Shown piece after piece: positions 1 to 8,786 of a DNA stretch of 64,000 nucleotides (position 1 is its first letter; the number at the start of each line of letters is the position of its first letter). The notes below the pieces were generated by a model. The model was given only the letters and a program-made list of their open reading frames with translations. It made no database searches and was not told the origin of the DNA. Position numbers and translations under genes: made by a program. The DNA is from Escherichia phage vB_Eco_mar004NP2: sequence record OR896837.1. One strand, given 5' to 3'.

Positions 1-201
1 AAGGTAGATAAAGAACGTATCTATTTTATTATGGATTCTGGGGCGTATGGTTCCATTCTCCGTGGGGATATAGCTAAATTATGTTTAGTAAATACTTGGA
101 TGGACGAAGGGAAGATTGATCCTAGGGTGGGATTGTGCTTATCTGGGCCCGCCCTTTATATTGCTAGTGCAGAAATTGAAATGTTTGAGGAACAAGAATG
201 A
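1..201 (+). CDS. hypothetical protein, 3' fragment (gene starts upstream of window)
   Basis: Frame 1 is open from position 1 to TGA at 199-201; the stop overlaps the ATG of the next ORF (ATGA coupling). Confidence 0.4.
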   Translation, partial: KVDKERIYFIMDSGAYGSILRGDIAKLCLVNTWMDEGKIDPRVGLCLSGPALYIASAEIEMFEEQE

Positions 202-401
202 AGAACGTAAAACATCTTAAATATCGCTTAATTTACAACGGACGTATGGAAACAGAAGACCTGGCCCAGTTAGCTATTAATTCTAATGAGGTTACAGTGC
301 GTGCGCTGGCAATTGAAAAGTTGCGTGCTTCTTATGAAAATCGTGTTATGGAACTAGAGGAGAAACTTTATGGCATTCTCGAAGCCGATGCTACCAGATA
401 A
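198..401 (+). CDS. hypothetical protein (67 aa)
   Basis: ORF in track; ATG coupled to upstream stop; no recognisable motif. Confidence 0.4.
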   Translation: MKNVKHLKYRLIYNGRMETEDLAQLAINSNEVTVRALAIEKLRASYENRVMELEEKLYGILEADATR

Positions 402-591
402 GGGTTTAAATGCCGCTTTGGAAAACGCATTAATGCAGCATTGGGAAACTGGCTATAAGGATGGTGTTGAATCCTGCGCTAATATGCTAGAAGTTATTGC
501 TAATACCTTAATGGAGAAAGGCAATAAAGAATTAGCTGAGCTATTAGACAGTATTGGGCAAAACTTCAGAGAACAGGTGGAAAATGCGTAG
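370..591 (+). CDS. hypothetical protein (73 aa)
   Basis: ATG at 370 preceded by GAGGAG (357-362) with 7-nt spacing; overlaps neighbours. Confidence 0.45.
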   Translation: MAFSKPMLPDKGLNAALENALMQHWETGYKDGVESCANMLEVIANTLMEKGNKELAELLDSIGQNFREQVENA

Positions 592-1402
592 ATTAATTAT
601 TATTAGCGGTGCGGGTTTGAGTGTTGAAAGTGGTGTACGAGCTTTTCGTACTGATACTGCTAGTGGTAAAGCACTGTGGGATGATTATGATCTAGAAGAA
701 GTATGTAATATTCATGCCTTTCGTAGTAATTTTTACCATAAAACCCATATGTTTTACAACAAACGTCGTGAAGAGCTAAAAACTGTTGAACCCAATCTTG
801 CACATTTGCGTATTGGTGAATGGTATAAACAATATCCAGGTCAGGTAGTAAACTTGACTACCAACGTTGATGACCTTATTGAGCGTGCTGGCGTTCCACA
901 TAGTGACATTCTGCACATTCACGGATATTTAAAAGAGGTTATTGTAGCTGATAGCTACAATAGTAGCAATAAACGGATTATTGATGTAGGGTACAATTCT
1001 ATTGATCCAGATGATTATAAATGGGTTAAACCTAATGTAATCTTCTTTGGGGAGCATGCTCCAGCGTATGCAGAAATGTACAATATTTTTGATGGTATTA
1101 CCAGTCAAGATATGATCATTGTGGTTGGTTGCTCTAACCAAGTAATTAACTTCTACTGGGAATTATTTCCTGTTCTTAATTTGACTGCTGCGAAACTTAT
1201 GGTTGTTAACTACTATGATAGTGCCCTCGCAGCGGAACCGGGCTATCAAGGTATGACTCGTAGTGAGATGTACCAGCTGGAAGAACGTGGTATCCCTTAC
1301 TGGAGTAAAGGTGCGGTAGATGCTTTCAACGACCCTGATTTTATTGCTCGTGTAGAAGCCCATTTAGAGGGTAGACCTTATGTGTCGAGAAGCAAGAAAT
1401 AA
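584..1402 (+). CDS. Sir2 (sirtuin) family NAD-dependent enzyme, no zinc ribbon
   Basis: Translation contains sirtuin motifs GAGLSVESGVRAFR, TTNVDDL, ILHIHG (catalytic His), VIFFGE and VVGCSNQV; no CxxC pairs. Start placed at ATG 584 (track start 554 is TTG); ATG overlaps the upstream stop. Confidence 0.75.
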   Translation: MRRLIIISGAGLSVESGVRAFRTDTASGKALWDDYDLEEVCNIHAFRSNFYHKTHMFYNKRREELKTVEPNLAHLRIGEWYKQYPGQVVNLTTNVDDLIERAGVPHSDILHIHGYLKEVIVADSYNSSNKRIIDVGYNSIDPDDYKWVKPNVIFFGEHAPAYAEMYNIFDGITSQDMIIVVGCSNQVINFYWELFPVLNLTAAKLMVVNYYDSALAAEPGYQGMTRSEMYQLEERGIPYWSKGAVDAFNDPDFIARVEAHLEGRPYVSRSKK

Positions 1403-1494
1403 TGAATGGGATATTTTTATAGCTTAGTCTGGCACTTGGTGTTATATATATGTTGATACGGTTGAGTATGATACGTTCTTAGAAAGGAACAAAA

Positions 1495-2001
1495 ATGGAA
1501 ATAAGTAATACTCCAATTATTTTTCTAGACATTGATGGGGTGCTCAATTCGAGCATCTCCCATCATCATGCACCTGATAATGAAAAGATTTTCTTTGGAA
1601 GTGACTGGGTTTTCAAACCGCTTCTCAAGGCTTTTCAGGATTTTATTCGTCCTTCTCCGATAATGATTGTTGGAGTATCCTCATGGTTCTCTGTTAGGAA
1701 TGAGATGGAGAACGTTCAGATTATGACCGGATTAGGTCTTATCGATCGTTTTCTTGGTACAACTGATTTTACTGGGGGTGGGCTATCTAGAGGTAATTCT
1801 GTTCTCCGTTTCGTTGAAAAGCATAAGCTCAAACATTGGTGTGTGCTTGATGATGCTGGTGCTACGATGTATCAGTATCCAACGGTTATAGTCAACGGTA
1901 GGACTGGGATAAATCTTCAAGATTTAAAAGCTGTTAGCTATATGCTAGAATTTAGCCCAGATATTGAAATGTGTAAATCCTTACAACAATTTAAGGTGTA
2001 A
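1495..2001 (+). CDS. HAD-superfamily phosphatase-like protein
   Basis: N-terminal FLDIDGVLN matches HAD motif I (DxDG[VT]); later VLDDAG; RBS AAAGGA upstream. Confidence 0.5.
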   Translation: MEISNTPIIFLDIDGVLNSSISHHHAPDNEKIFFGSDWVFKPLLKAFQDFIRPSPIMIVGVSSWFSVRNEMENVQIMTGLGLIDRFLGTTDFTGGGLSRGNSVLRFVEKHKLKHWCVLDDAGATMYQYPTVIVNGRTGINLQDLKAVSYMLEFSPDIEMCKSLQQFKV

Positions 2002-2003
2002 AT

Positions 2004-2432
2004 ATGTTCAATAATGTATTCTCTAAAGAAGCTAACCCAATTTTGGTTAACTTTTGGCGTACTCTCCCAGCTAGCCTGTATAATGAGGCTATTAACTCTT
2101 TGAAAATATGGTGTGAGAATAACGAAATCTCCTTTGCTTTTAAGGATGATATTGATGAGGCCCCCTGTATTGGTTTAATTGTGCAGGTAGAGGATGGTCT
2201 TGAAGAGATTGTGGGCTGGAAAGAGTTAGACGAAATGGGCTTAGTTTTTGCGTTAAACTATAAGCTGTTTATGCCTGCTAAGCATCGCCTAGTTGTTAAC
2301 TATAAAACTAGTGAATCTCCTGGTTTTCAGGTTAATGAACGTTATGGTTGGTCTTACTCACCGGAAGAAGTGAATGAGGGGATTCAGAAACTTCGCCGTT
2401 TCGGGTATATGATCCCAGGTTTAACTGCTTAA
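2004..2432 (+). CDS. hypothetical protein, paralog 1 of tandem pair
   Basis: 142 aa; shares W-x-ELDEMGL-x-F-LN and C-terminal IPGL with the next ORF. Confidence 0.5.
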   Translation: MFNNVFSKEANPILVNFWRTLPASLYNEAINSLKIWCENNEISFAFKDDIDEAPCIGLIVQVEDGLEEIVGWKELDEMGLVFALNYKLFMPAKHRLVVNYKTSESPGFQVNERYGWSYSPEEVNEGIQKLRRFGYMIPGLTA

Positions 2433-2441
2433 GGAGGCAGA

Positions 2442-2834
2442 ATGGAACAAGTATATTGGCGTCAGATTGATCCTAGTTTGGTGAAGCGTGCTGAGAAGCT
2501 GCTACAACGTTGGTTGGGGGTAAAGCAAGCCTCCTTCACTTTTCCAGAGCAGCAAATAGATGATCCCTGCACTGGCGTTTTCCTGTCTGGATATGCCGGG
2601 GAATGGGAGATGGACTGGAATGAATTGTCCTCTATGGGTTTAATTGTTTCCCTAAATTTCTCTTTGTTCCATCCACGTGGTTTTGCCATATGTCGTGTGC
2701 CTGATGACGGTTGTTCGCCCCATCTTTTACAGGTGAAAGATGATATTTGGGAGTACACTCCAGATATTCTCAAAGAAGCTAAAGAACAATTAAACCGTGT
2801 TGGGATTTATGTTCCAGGCCTAAATGATGAATGA
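2442..2834 (+). CDS. hypothetical protein, paralog 2 of tandem pair
   Basis: 130 aa; RBS AGGAGG; same ...ELSSMGLIVSLNF...VPGL pattern as 2004..2432. Confidence 0.5.
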   Translation: MEQVYWRQIDPSLVKRAEKLLQRWLGVKQASFTFPEQQIDDPCTGVFLSGYAGEWEMDWNELSSMGLIVSLNFSLFHPRGFAICRVPDDGCSPHLLQVKDDIWEYTPDILKEAKEQLNRVGIYVPGLNDE

Positions 2835-2857
2835 TTTTTACTAGCTGAACTCTGATT

Positions 2858-2885
2858 ACCGAGTCATTTTGGCTCGGTTTTCTCT
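2858..2885 (+). terminator. rho-independent terminator
   Basis: Hairpin CCGAGTC-ATTTT-GGCTCGG followed by TTTTCTCT, just after the 2442..2834 stop. Confidence 0.5.
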
Positions 2886-2925
2886 GTACTCAAAGACACT
2901 GATAGCACCTTTGGGAAAAATTTAC

Positions 2926-2954
2926 TTGCACGGTGCTCAAAATCTTGATATAAT
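2926..2954 (+). promoter_or_regulatory. sigma70-like early promoter
   Basis: TTGCAC (2926-2931), 17-nt spacer, TATAAT (2949-2954). Confidence 0.5.
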
Positions 2955-3453
2955 ATTTATATTGAATTGAGAGACATTAGTAAAAATTGATTTTGCTAAT
3001 TTTTCTTGTTTACAATCCGCGATACGGAACAGTTAGGCTGCCCCATTAAGGGTTGTTTTAACTGTTACGTGTTAGTTTTTAAACAAATAGTTAATAGAAT
3101 ACTTAGCGATCTGCGTCCCGTAGGAACCCTGGTAAGGCCTCGAAGCAACCTAGATAGAGGTGGTTGTGAAGTGAGACGGGAGGAGTGAAAAACTCCGAGA
3201 CGTGATTCTGTAAGTTATATTGCATCTAGTATGAGCTAGTATATGAAGCATTAGGTGAGCAAATCTGGCTTAGCGGCCATCCTCAAGGATTTGTGCGGTA
3301 TAGCAAAGCAGCAGCGCAGCGTGAAAGTGGAAGTTGCCACCCCACTTCAGTATTTGCGATTAATTTGTTGAGAAATTGACAGTAACAGTTGTTCTATTCT
3401 TTCTGAATAGTCCTAAAGAAAACTTATTTCATTTCCAACACAGGAGTATTGTT

Positions 3454-6243
3454 GTGTTTTCAATCCTACAAGGTCATGCAGGATTTCATCGCGATTTAGC
3501 CACAGGCAATTGGCGAGAAGTTAAAGCAGAAGATTATCTTTTTGCTAAAAGATTTTCCTCAAAGCATCCTGAAGGTAAACCAGCTTCAATGCCCTTCAAG
3601 TTTGATGTAATTGACGAAGTTGATCCTCAAACCCTAGTAGAAATGCTTCCTCTTATGAGACGTTTAACGTCTGACCCTCATATCGTTGCGGTACGAGGTC
3701 GATGTCTTGCACCTAAAAATAATGTGCGGCGTAAGAATGGCAACTTTAATGTATCTAACCCAAGTCATATAATTGCAATGGATGTGGATGGTATTGTAGA
3801 TACAGGTGGTTGTAACAAGTTTGATCTTGTTGGCATGGCTCGACATATTATTAGAATGTTAAATAGTATTAGTGAGGATATGTTTCCTCTTGATGCAGGG
3901 TTTATCGCTCATGCATCGTCTTCGGCTGGGCTAAAACCAGGTATCCGAATGCACTTAATACTAGAATCTAATGTTAAAGTAACTCAGGGTCAAATCAAAT
4001 TCTTATTTACATCTATCAACGAAAGTAGTAGACAAAAGTATGGCTTTGATATTGCCGACTTAGCTTATTACTCTTCCGTACAGCTCCATTATTTTGCAGA
4101 TCCGTTATTTACCGATGGTATAGTAGATCCGTTTAAAGAGGAGGGTGCTTCACGTCTGGTATTTGTTAAGGGTTCTAAAGTAAATTTACCCAATAATCTG
4201 GTTGACTATGAAACAACTAGAGGTGAGTTTAAAGAAGAGTTCTACTCTTTACTAGACCAAATTAAGGGTAAAAAAGCTGCCTCTGATAAAGTAGAAGAAA
4301 CCATCAGCGAACTAGAAGAAGCTGAGGATGGAGTGTATCTACGTATTATTCCTAAACTCTATCACAGGGCTTTAGAGGATGGTGTTGATTTTGCATGGCT
4401 AGAAAAAGAAATCCGTCCAGCCTTATCAGAATATATTGCAACTAAAGATAATAGTCGTAATATTCAAGACTACTTTAATAATGGTCGTAAACAGGCTCTA
4501 AAAGCATTTGTTAATAATTCTAAACGTTATATACCGGATGTTTTAAAAGGTATTCCACTCAAAAAGCTAGAAACTAACTCTTTAGAGACTGATAACTTCT
4601 TGAAATTAAATACTGTGCCACCAGAAGGTTATATGACTTTTGTAAAAGCGAGTCTAGGTACAGGTAAAACTACAGCGGTTGTGCGTTGGTTAGATTCAGG
4701 AGTTATTAAAGGTAATTTCTTAGCAATTACCAATACTCGAGCACTGGTATCTTCCAATGCTAAGAAATTTAGTGCAGGACAATATGATAAGTCTGTAGAT
4801 ATGCTTAATTTTAAGCGTGGTGCTATTGACCGTATGTCCACAACTATTCACTCTTTGCATAAGTTCAAGAGTTTTATTGGTCAAATTGATGCAATCTTTA
4901 TCGATGAATGTGATGCAGTAATGAACGACCTATTATTCGCCCCGGTTGTTAAACAACGTCGTGAATGTATTCAGGTTCTTCGGGATATTCTTGCAACTGC
5001 AAAAATCATTATATTATCAGATGGTGATATTAGTGCAGAAACAATTGAAGCATATGGTTCTTTGATCGAGTTTGATAAACCGGTTGCATTTTATAATCAT
5101 CACCGTAAAATGCTGTCAAAAGCTCATGCTTATGAGTTTCCTGATGAATCCAGTATTTGGGTTGCACTTCAGACTTCTCTAGAGATGGGTGAGAAATCTA
5201 TTCTGGTATCTGATTGTGGCCCTGATGAGCTGAATGAGAAGGGTATGGCATTACGTCGTAATACGGGTGCGTTAGTTAAGGAAATCCACTCAAATTCTAC
5301 GTCTGATGTGGATATTAGACGTATTCTGGATTACACAACTAATGAGCTGATTGATCAACAAATTGATTGCTTATTATGTAGTCCATCCGTAACGAGTGGA
5401 GTTGACTTCAACTATTTTGATAACGTATTCGTTATTACTAGAACCAGTAACCAAGCGCCAAACATGCGTTTTCAAGCAATCAGGCGCGACCGTGGTGCTC
5501 AGAATATCTATTATTTTATTGATAAATCTACGAGTGGATTCTCTGCAGGTTCTGAACAATATAATATTGATGAGGGCTGGCTGGAGTTAGCACAGCAATT
5601 ATATGCACGTCGTAGAGAGCTGGAATCTAGAAATTATACTAGTACTTTACGTTATTACTTGCTTGATCAGGGTGCAACTATTGATATTTTCAGCGAAAGC
5701 TGGGGAACTATTGAAGGTGCAGGGAAAGAATATATGGAAGAGCGAATCAAAGCTATTCTACATTCAACTCCTGATTATTGTGCTCCACGTCATGCGGATG
5801 CGTATGAAGCTAAACTACTTCTTGTTCGCTATTATCATCTTGAGTCTATTAAAGATGTAACAGTTGAGCATGTTGAACAATATATCAAGGATAAACCTAA
5901 TGATCGAGCGGCATTCTTCCATAAAATGCACGAGATGTTTTGGGAAGATATTAAGAAGTGTTCAAACGTCACTATCAAACCATTCATAGAAGCTCTGAAA
6001 GGTAAGAAGAAGGACTTCTTCCTTAAAACAGGTCAGAGTGCTAACCCAAAATATGCTAGAATGTATCTTGGTATGATGGGTATTGGTAAGGATATGAACA
6101 CTGAAAATATTGTAGACTGGTACAGAACCTATTGTAAAATCGAGTGTATGCCAATTCCTTATAAGTTTATGACTGATGAGGAGAAACATATGCATGATGA
6201 AGCAATGGCAGAGCTAGGTGCTAGAAATGACAGTGAAGAATAA
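3454..6243 (+). CDS. replication helicase, UL9/origin-binding-protein-like SF2 helicase with a possible primase-like N-terminal domain
   Basis: Walker A ASLGTGKTT and Walker B IFIDECDAV in the translation; N-terminal AMDVDG acidic motif. Start placed at GTG 3454 with AGGAG 7 nt upstream (track start 3376 is TTG). Confidence 0.6.
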   Translation: MFSILQGHAGFHRDLATGNWREVKAEDYLFAKRFSSKHPEGKPASMPFKFDVIDEVDPQTLVEMLPLMRRLTSDPHIVAVRGRCLAPKNNVRRKNGNFNVSNPSHIIAMDVDGIVDTGGCNKFDLVGMARHIIRMLNSISEDMFPLDAGFIAHASSSAGLKPGIRMHLILESNVKVTQGQIKFLFTSINESSRQKYGFDIADLAYYSSVQLHYFADPLFTDGIVDPFKEEGASRLVFVKGSKVNLPNNLVDYETTRGEFKEEFYSLLDQIKGKKAASDKVEETISELEEAEDGVYLRIIPKLYHRALEDGVDFAWLEKEIRPALSEYIATKDNSRNIQDYFNNGRKQALKAFVNNSKRYIPDVLKGIPLKKLETNSLETDNFLKLNTVPPEGYMTFVKASLGTGKTTAVVRWLDSGVIKGNFLAITNTRALVSSNAKKFSAGQYDKSVDMLNFKRGAIDRMSTTIHSLHKFKSFIGQIDAIFIDECDAVMNDLLFAPVVKQRRECIQVLRDILATAKIIILSDGDISAETIEAYGSLIEFDKPVAFYNHHRKMLSKAHAYEFPDESSIWVALQTSLEMGEKSILVSDCGPDELNEKGMALRRNTGALVKEIHSNSTSDVDIRRILDYTTNELIDQQIDCLLCSPSVTSGVDFNYFDNVFVITRTSNQAPNMRFQAIRRDRGAQNIYYFIDKSTSGFSAGSEQYNIDEGWLELAQQLYARRRELESRNYTSTLRYYLLDQGATIDIFSESWGTIEGAGKEYMEERIKAILHSTPDYCAPRHADAYEAKLLLVRYYHLESIKDVTVEHVEQYIKDKPNDRAAFFHKMHEMFWEDIKKCSNVTIKPFIEALKGKKKDFFLKTGQSANPKYARMYLGMMGIGKDMNTENIVDWYRTYCKIECMPIPYKFMTDEEKHMHDEAMAELGARNDSEE

Positions 6244-6460
6244 AAAATGGGAAACAAGGAAGTTCCCAGTAAAAGAGCGTAAAGTTCCTGTTTACGATAC
6301 TTCGGAAAAGCTATGTAGGGTGGTTCCTGCTAGATTAGCTGGCATCCCTAACATATCCGAGTGGTTACTTAAACAACGGAAAACAAACGTGTCTCTTCGC
6401 ATCGGCTTTGAATTAGATAAAGTCTATGCTGAACTTGCTTCTTTGCTCAAGGAATCGTAA
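6227..6460 (+). CDS. hypothetical protein (77 aa)
   Basis: ATG 6227 overlapping the end of the helicase gene; basic small protein; weak RBS. Confidence 0.3.
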   Translation: MTVKNKKWETRKFPVKERKVPVYDTSEKLCRVVPARLAGIPNISEWLLKQRKTNVSLRIGFELDKVYAELASLLKES

Positions 6461-6468
6461 AAATTTAT

Positions 6469-6497
6469 TTGCATAGTGCAAAAAATTTCTGTATAAT
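6469..6497 (+). promoter_or_regulatory. sigma70-like early promoter
   Basis: TTGCAT-17 nt-TATAAT, followed by AT-rich CATAAATTTGAGAGAGGAG leader ending in the RBS. Confidence 0.55.
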
Positions 6498-6528
6498 AGA
6501 TTCATAAATTTGAGAGAGGAGTTTAAAT

Positions 6529-7233
6529 ATGGCTGGTTCTCGTAGAAAGAAACATATCCATGAAATCCCGGATGAAGTCTTTAAAAAGGTTATAGAGCAT
6601 CTGGAGAACGGTGGTACTAAGAAAGCAGCATGTGAAATGCTCGGCGTATCATCTAATCCAACTATGGAAAGAATGATTGAAGAATGGCAAGACCGCCAGA
6701 TTCAAGTTGCCGAAATGAAGAAAAAGAAACGTGGCACACTCATTGAAGGCATTGAGTTAGCTAACGTTATTGAGCAGTATTTATCTGGTGATTCTTTTGA
6801 AGAAATTGCCGATCGTAATTACCGCTCTGTAGCAATGGTTAAATCTGTTCTGGAACGATATGGTGCTCTACTTCGTTTGAACGATATTGTAGATCCATTG
6901 AATCCTCCAATTATTCCTGATGATGCTGTAGCAGAAGAATTTGCAGTTGGTGAGCTTGTTTGGGTTCCTGGATACCAGTGTATCGGTGAAATCAAAAAAG
7001 CAATGGATAATCCTGTTGGTTGTTACCGTGTATGGCTTCTATCGGAAGGCAAACAACAGAACGTCCATTATATGAATTACGAGTTGGCCTCTGTTAAGCA
7101 TCTAGAAAAGTTAGGGGTTGACGTAAAATCTCTAGGGTACAAGTGGACTCGTGAAGAAATTATTACGTTGATTAACGAAGCTGTTAAGGCCGCCCTGAAG
7201 CTTGATAAAGAAAAAGGAAAACGCCGTGAGTAA
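6529..7233 (+). CDS. putative DNA-binding (HTH) early protein
   Basis: N-terminal GGTKKAACEMLGVSSNPTMERM resembles a helix-turn-helix; strong RBS GAGAGGAG. Confidence 0.45.
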   Translation: MAGSRRKKHIHEIPDEVFKKVIEHLENGGTKKAACEMLGVSSNPTMERMIEEWQDRQIQVAEMKKKKRGTLIEGIELANVIEQYLSGDSFEEIADRNYRSVAMVKSVLERYGALLRLNDIVDPLNPPIIPDDAVAEEFAVGELVWVPGYQCIGEIKKAMDNPVGCYRVWLLSEGKQQNVHYMNYELASVKHLEKLGVDVKSLGYKWTREEIITLINEAVKAALKLDKEKGKRRE

Positions 7234-7489
7234 GCTAACAGATTTGCTTAAAGATGGAGATGTAAAATATCTCCAGCGGGATAGCTGGGGTAATTGGGAC
7301 GCTCGTACTTATTACTCTACTATTATAAAAGTAGATGTTGATAATAATGATATTGTCGAGTTTACCTGGTGGCTCAATGAAGGTGGGTATACCAAGTTCG
7401 ATATAAAAGACGCAACATGGAAAACCTCCTCCCTAACCCTAGAAGAAGCTCTGGCGGATGATTGGGAGATCGTTGAGCTAGATGTGTAG
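7226..7489 (+). CDS. hypothetical protein
   Basis: GTG 7226 with AAGGA 7 nt upstream, overlapping the previous stop (track start 7202 is TTG). Confidence 0.4.
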   Translation: MSKLTDLLKDGDVKYLQRDSWGNWDARTYYSTIIKVDVDNNDIVEFTWWLNEGGYTKFDIKDATWKTSSLTLEEALADDWEIVELDV

Positions 7490-7510
7490 CAATTACAGAA
7501 AAAATTTCAG

Positions 7511-7539
7511 TTGCTTAATCCTATAATTCTTGATATAAT
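7511..7539 (+). promoter_or_regulatory. sigma70-like early promoter
   Basis: TTGCTT-17 nt-TATAAT. Confidence 0.55.
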
Positions 7540-7596
7540 ATTCTCATAGTTTGAAAGAACTATTCTGTTTAATTATTAATTAAGGAAATATAAAAT

Positions 7597-8007
7597 ATGA
7601 CTACTCCAACTCAGTGGACTGATGAACTGTTCGAAAAAATGTCTTCCGAATACGTTGCTCGTATGGAGCAATTCCCAGAGGATGAACGTCCGGGTGTTAG
7701 CATGGAAATTGTTAGCGAAATTGCCCAGGAAAATGGTGTAACTCCGAACGGTTTTCGTATGAAGCTAACTAAAGCAGGTGTGTATATCAAGAAAGCTGCT
7801 GGCTCTGCTTCTAAATCTAGCGCATCTACTGGAGAAAAAGCTTCTGGTGGTTCTCGTACTTCCAAAGCCCAAGCTCATGCCGATCTTCGTTCAGCATTCT
7901 CTGATGCTGGCTTAGCACCAGATTTTCTGGATGATGCAATTATCGACAAACTGACCGGTAAAGCGGCTGCTCATCTGGCAGAAGCAATCCGAGCTATCAC
8001 TAAGTAA
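7597..8007 (+). CDS. hypothetical abundant early protein with one HeH-like module
   Basis: Codons biased to GCT/CGT/CTG/GAA; contains TPNGFRMKLTKAGVYIKKA, related to the repeats of ORF 10733..11500. Confidence 0.5.
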   Translation: MTTPTQWTDELFEKMSSEYVARMEQFPEDERPGVSMEIVSEIAQENGVTPNGFRMKLTKAGVYIKKAAGSASKSSASTGEKASGGSRTSKAQAHADLRSAFSDAGLAPDFLDDAIIDKLTGKAAAHLAEAIRAITK

Positions 8008-8043
8008 TTTCTAGATAAATCCACCAACAAAAGGAACACAGTT

Positions 8044-8337
8044 ATGACCAAAGCTGAAATTATCGCACAATGTGAAAAATTTGGTGAGTTTTATCTTCAT
8101 TACGAGAAACTTCGTCAGAAAGGAACCACGTACCTTCAGGGTACGATGGAATTTGATCCAGCCCAAGATAAATATCTGGCTGAGCGTATTAAACGTGAAC
8201 GTATTCGTAAAGCGAAAGATGATGAGATCCTTGTCTTCTCTCGTACTAATGATAGCTTCCGTTTTATTCCTGTCGAGAAAGTCCGTCGTGTGACTAGCCT
8301 CCAATCAGAGTTAGATCGTGCTTCTCCAGTAGGCTGA
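8044..8337 (+). CDS. hypothetical protein
   Basis: 97-aa ORF with RBS AAGGA; basic, lysine/arginine-rich. Confidence 0.45.
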   Translation: MTKAEIIAQCEKFGEFYLHYEKLRQKGTTYLQGTMEFDPAQDKYLAERIKRERIRKAKDDEILVFSRTNDSFRFIPVEKVRRVTSLQSELDRASPVG

Positions 8338-8350
8338 TAAGAAACCAATT

Positions 8351-8378
8351 AGCCCCTATATGGGGCTTTTTGTGTATT
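8351..8378 (+). terminator. rho-independent terminator
   Basis: AGCCCC-TATAT-GGGGCT followed by TTTTTGTGTATTT. Confidence 0.6.
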
Positions 8379-8390
8379 TGGGATATGTAA

Positions 8391-8699
8391 ATGAGCGAAC
8401 AGGTAAATCAAAACTATGAAGGACACGTTGATGACCAGTCCATCATACTCTGGGAGAAGGAGGGAGAACAAGTAAGATTAACAGTATCTGAATTTCGTGG
8501 GAATCTATACATGGGTATTCGTTACTGGCTTCTTGATATTAATGATGAATGGTTTCCAACGAAATCTGGCTTCTCTTTTCCTTACACCCTAGAAACAACA
8601 TCGCAGCTTTTCTATGCGTTTACACAGATTCTTAGCGAATCTGAGGTTTTACATGAAGTACAGAAACGAGCTGAAGAACTCAAAGCCAAGAATGCCTAG
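8391..8699 (+). CDS. PC4/p15-like ssDNA-binding protein (putative)
   Basis: Pattern RLTVSEFRGNLYMGIRYW...WFPTKSGFSFP resembles the PC4 coactivator fold signature (K..VS...F.G...IDIREYW...PTKKGISL). Confidence 0.4.
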   Translation: MSEQVNQNYEGHVDDQSIILWEKEGEQVRLTVSEFRGNLYMGIRYWLLDINDEWFPTKSGFSFPYTLETTSQLFYAFTQILSESEVLHEVQKRAEELKAKNA

Positions 8700-8718
8700 T
8701 TCTTGGCTTTTTCTTTAT
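8684..8718 (+). terminator. rho-independent terminator
   Basis: AGCCAAGAA-TGCCTAG-TTCTTGGCT followed by TTTTCTTTAT; the stop codon lies in the loop. Confidence 0.55.
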
Positions 8719-8726
8719 AAATGTAT

Positions 8727-8755
8727 TTGCTTTCAACTCAGTTTTGTTATATAAT
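8727..8755 (+). promoter_or_regulatory. sigma70-like early promoter
   Basis: TTGCTT-17 nt-TATAAT followed by TATAAATTAATGAGAG leader. Confidence 0.55.
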
Positions 8756-8786
8756 ATTTATATAAATTAATGAGAGATACAAATAA

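Noticed and set aside
3006-3188. 60-aa ORF in the helicase leader
   Set aside because: TTG start, no RBS, Cys/Arg-rich improbable translation; treated as part of a non-coding leader.
3376-6243. A roughly 950-aa early protein as a T7-like single-subunit RNA polymerase
   Set aside because: The translation has Walker A/B helicase motifs (GTGKTT, DECD) and no RNA polymerase palm motifs; the promoters throughout are sigma70-type, consistent with use of host RNA polymerase.
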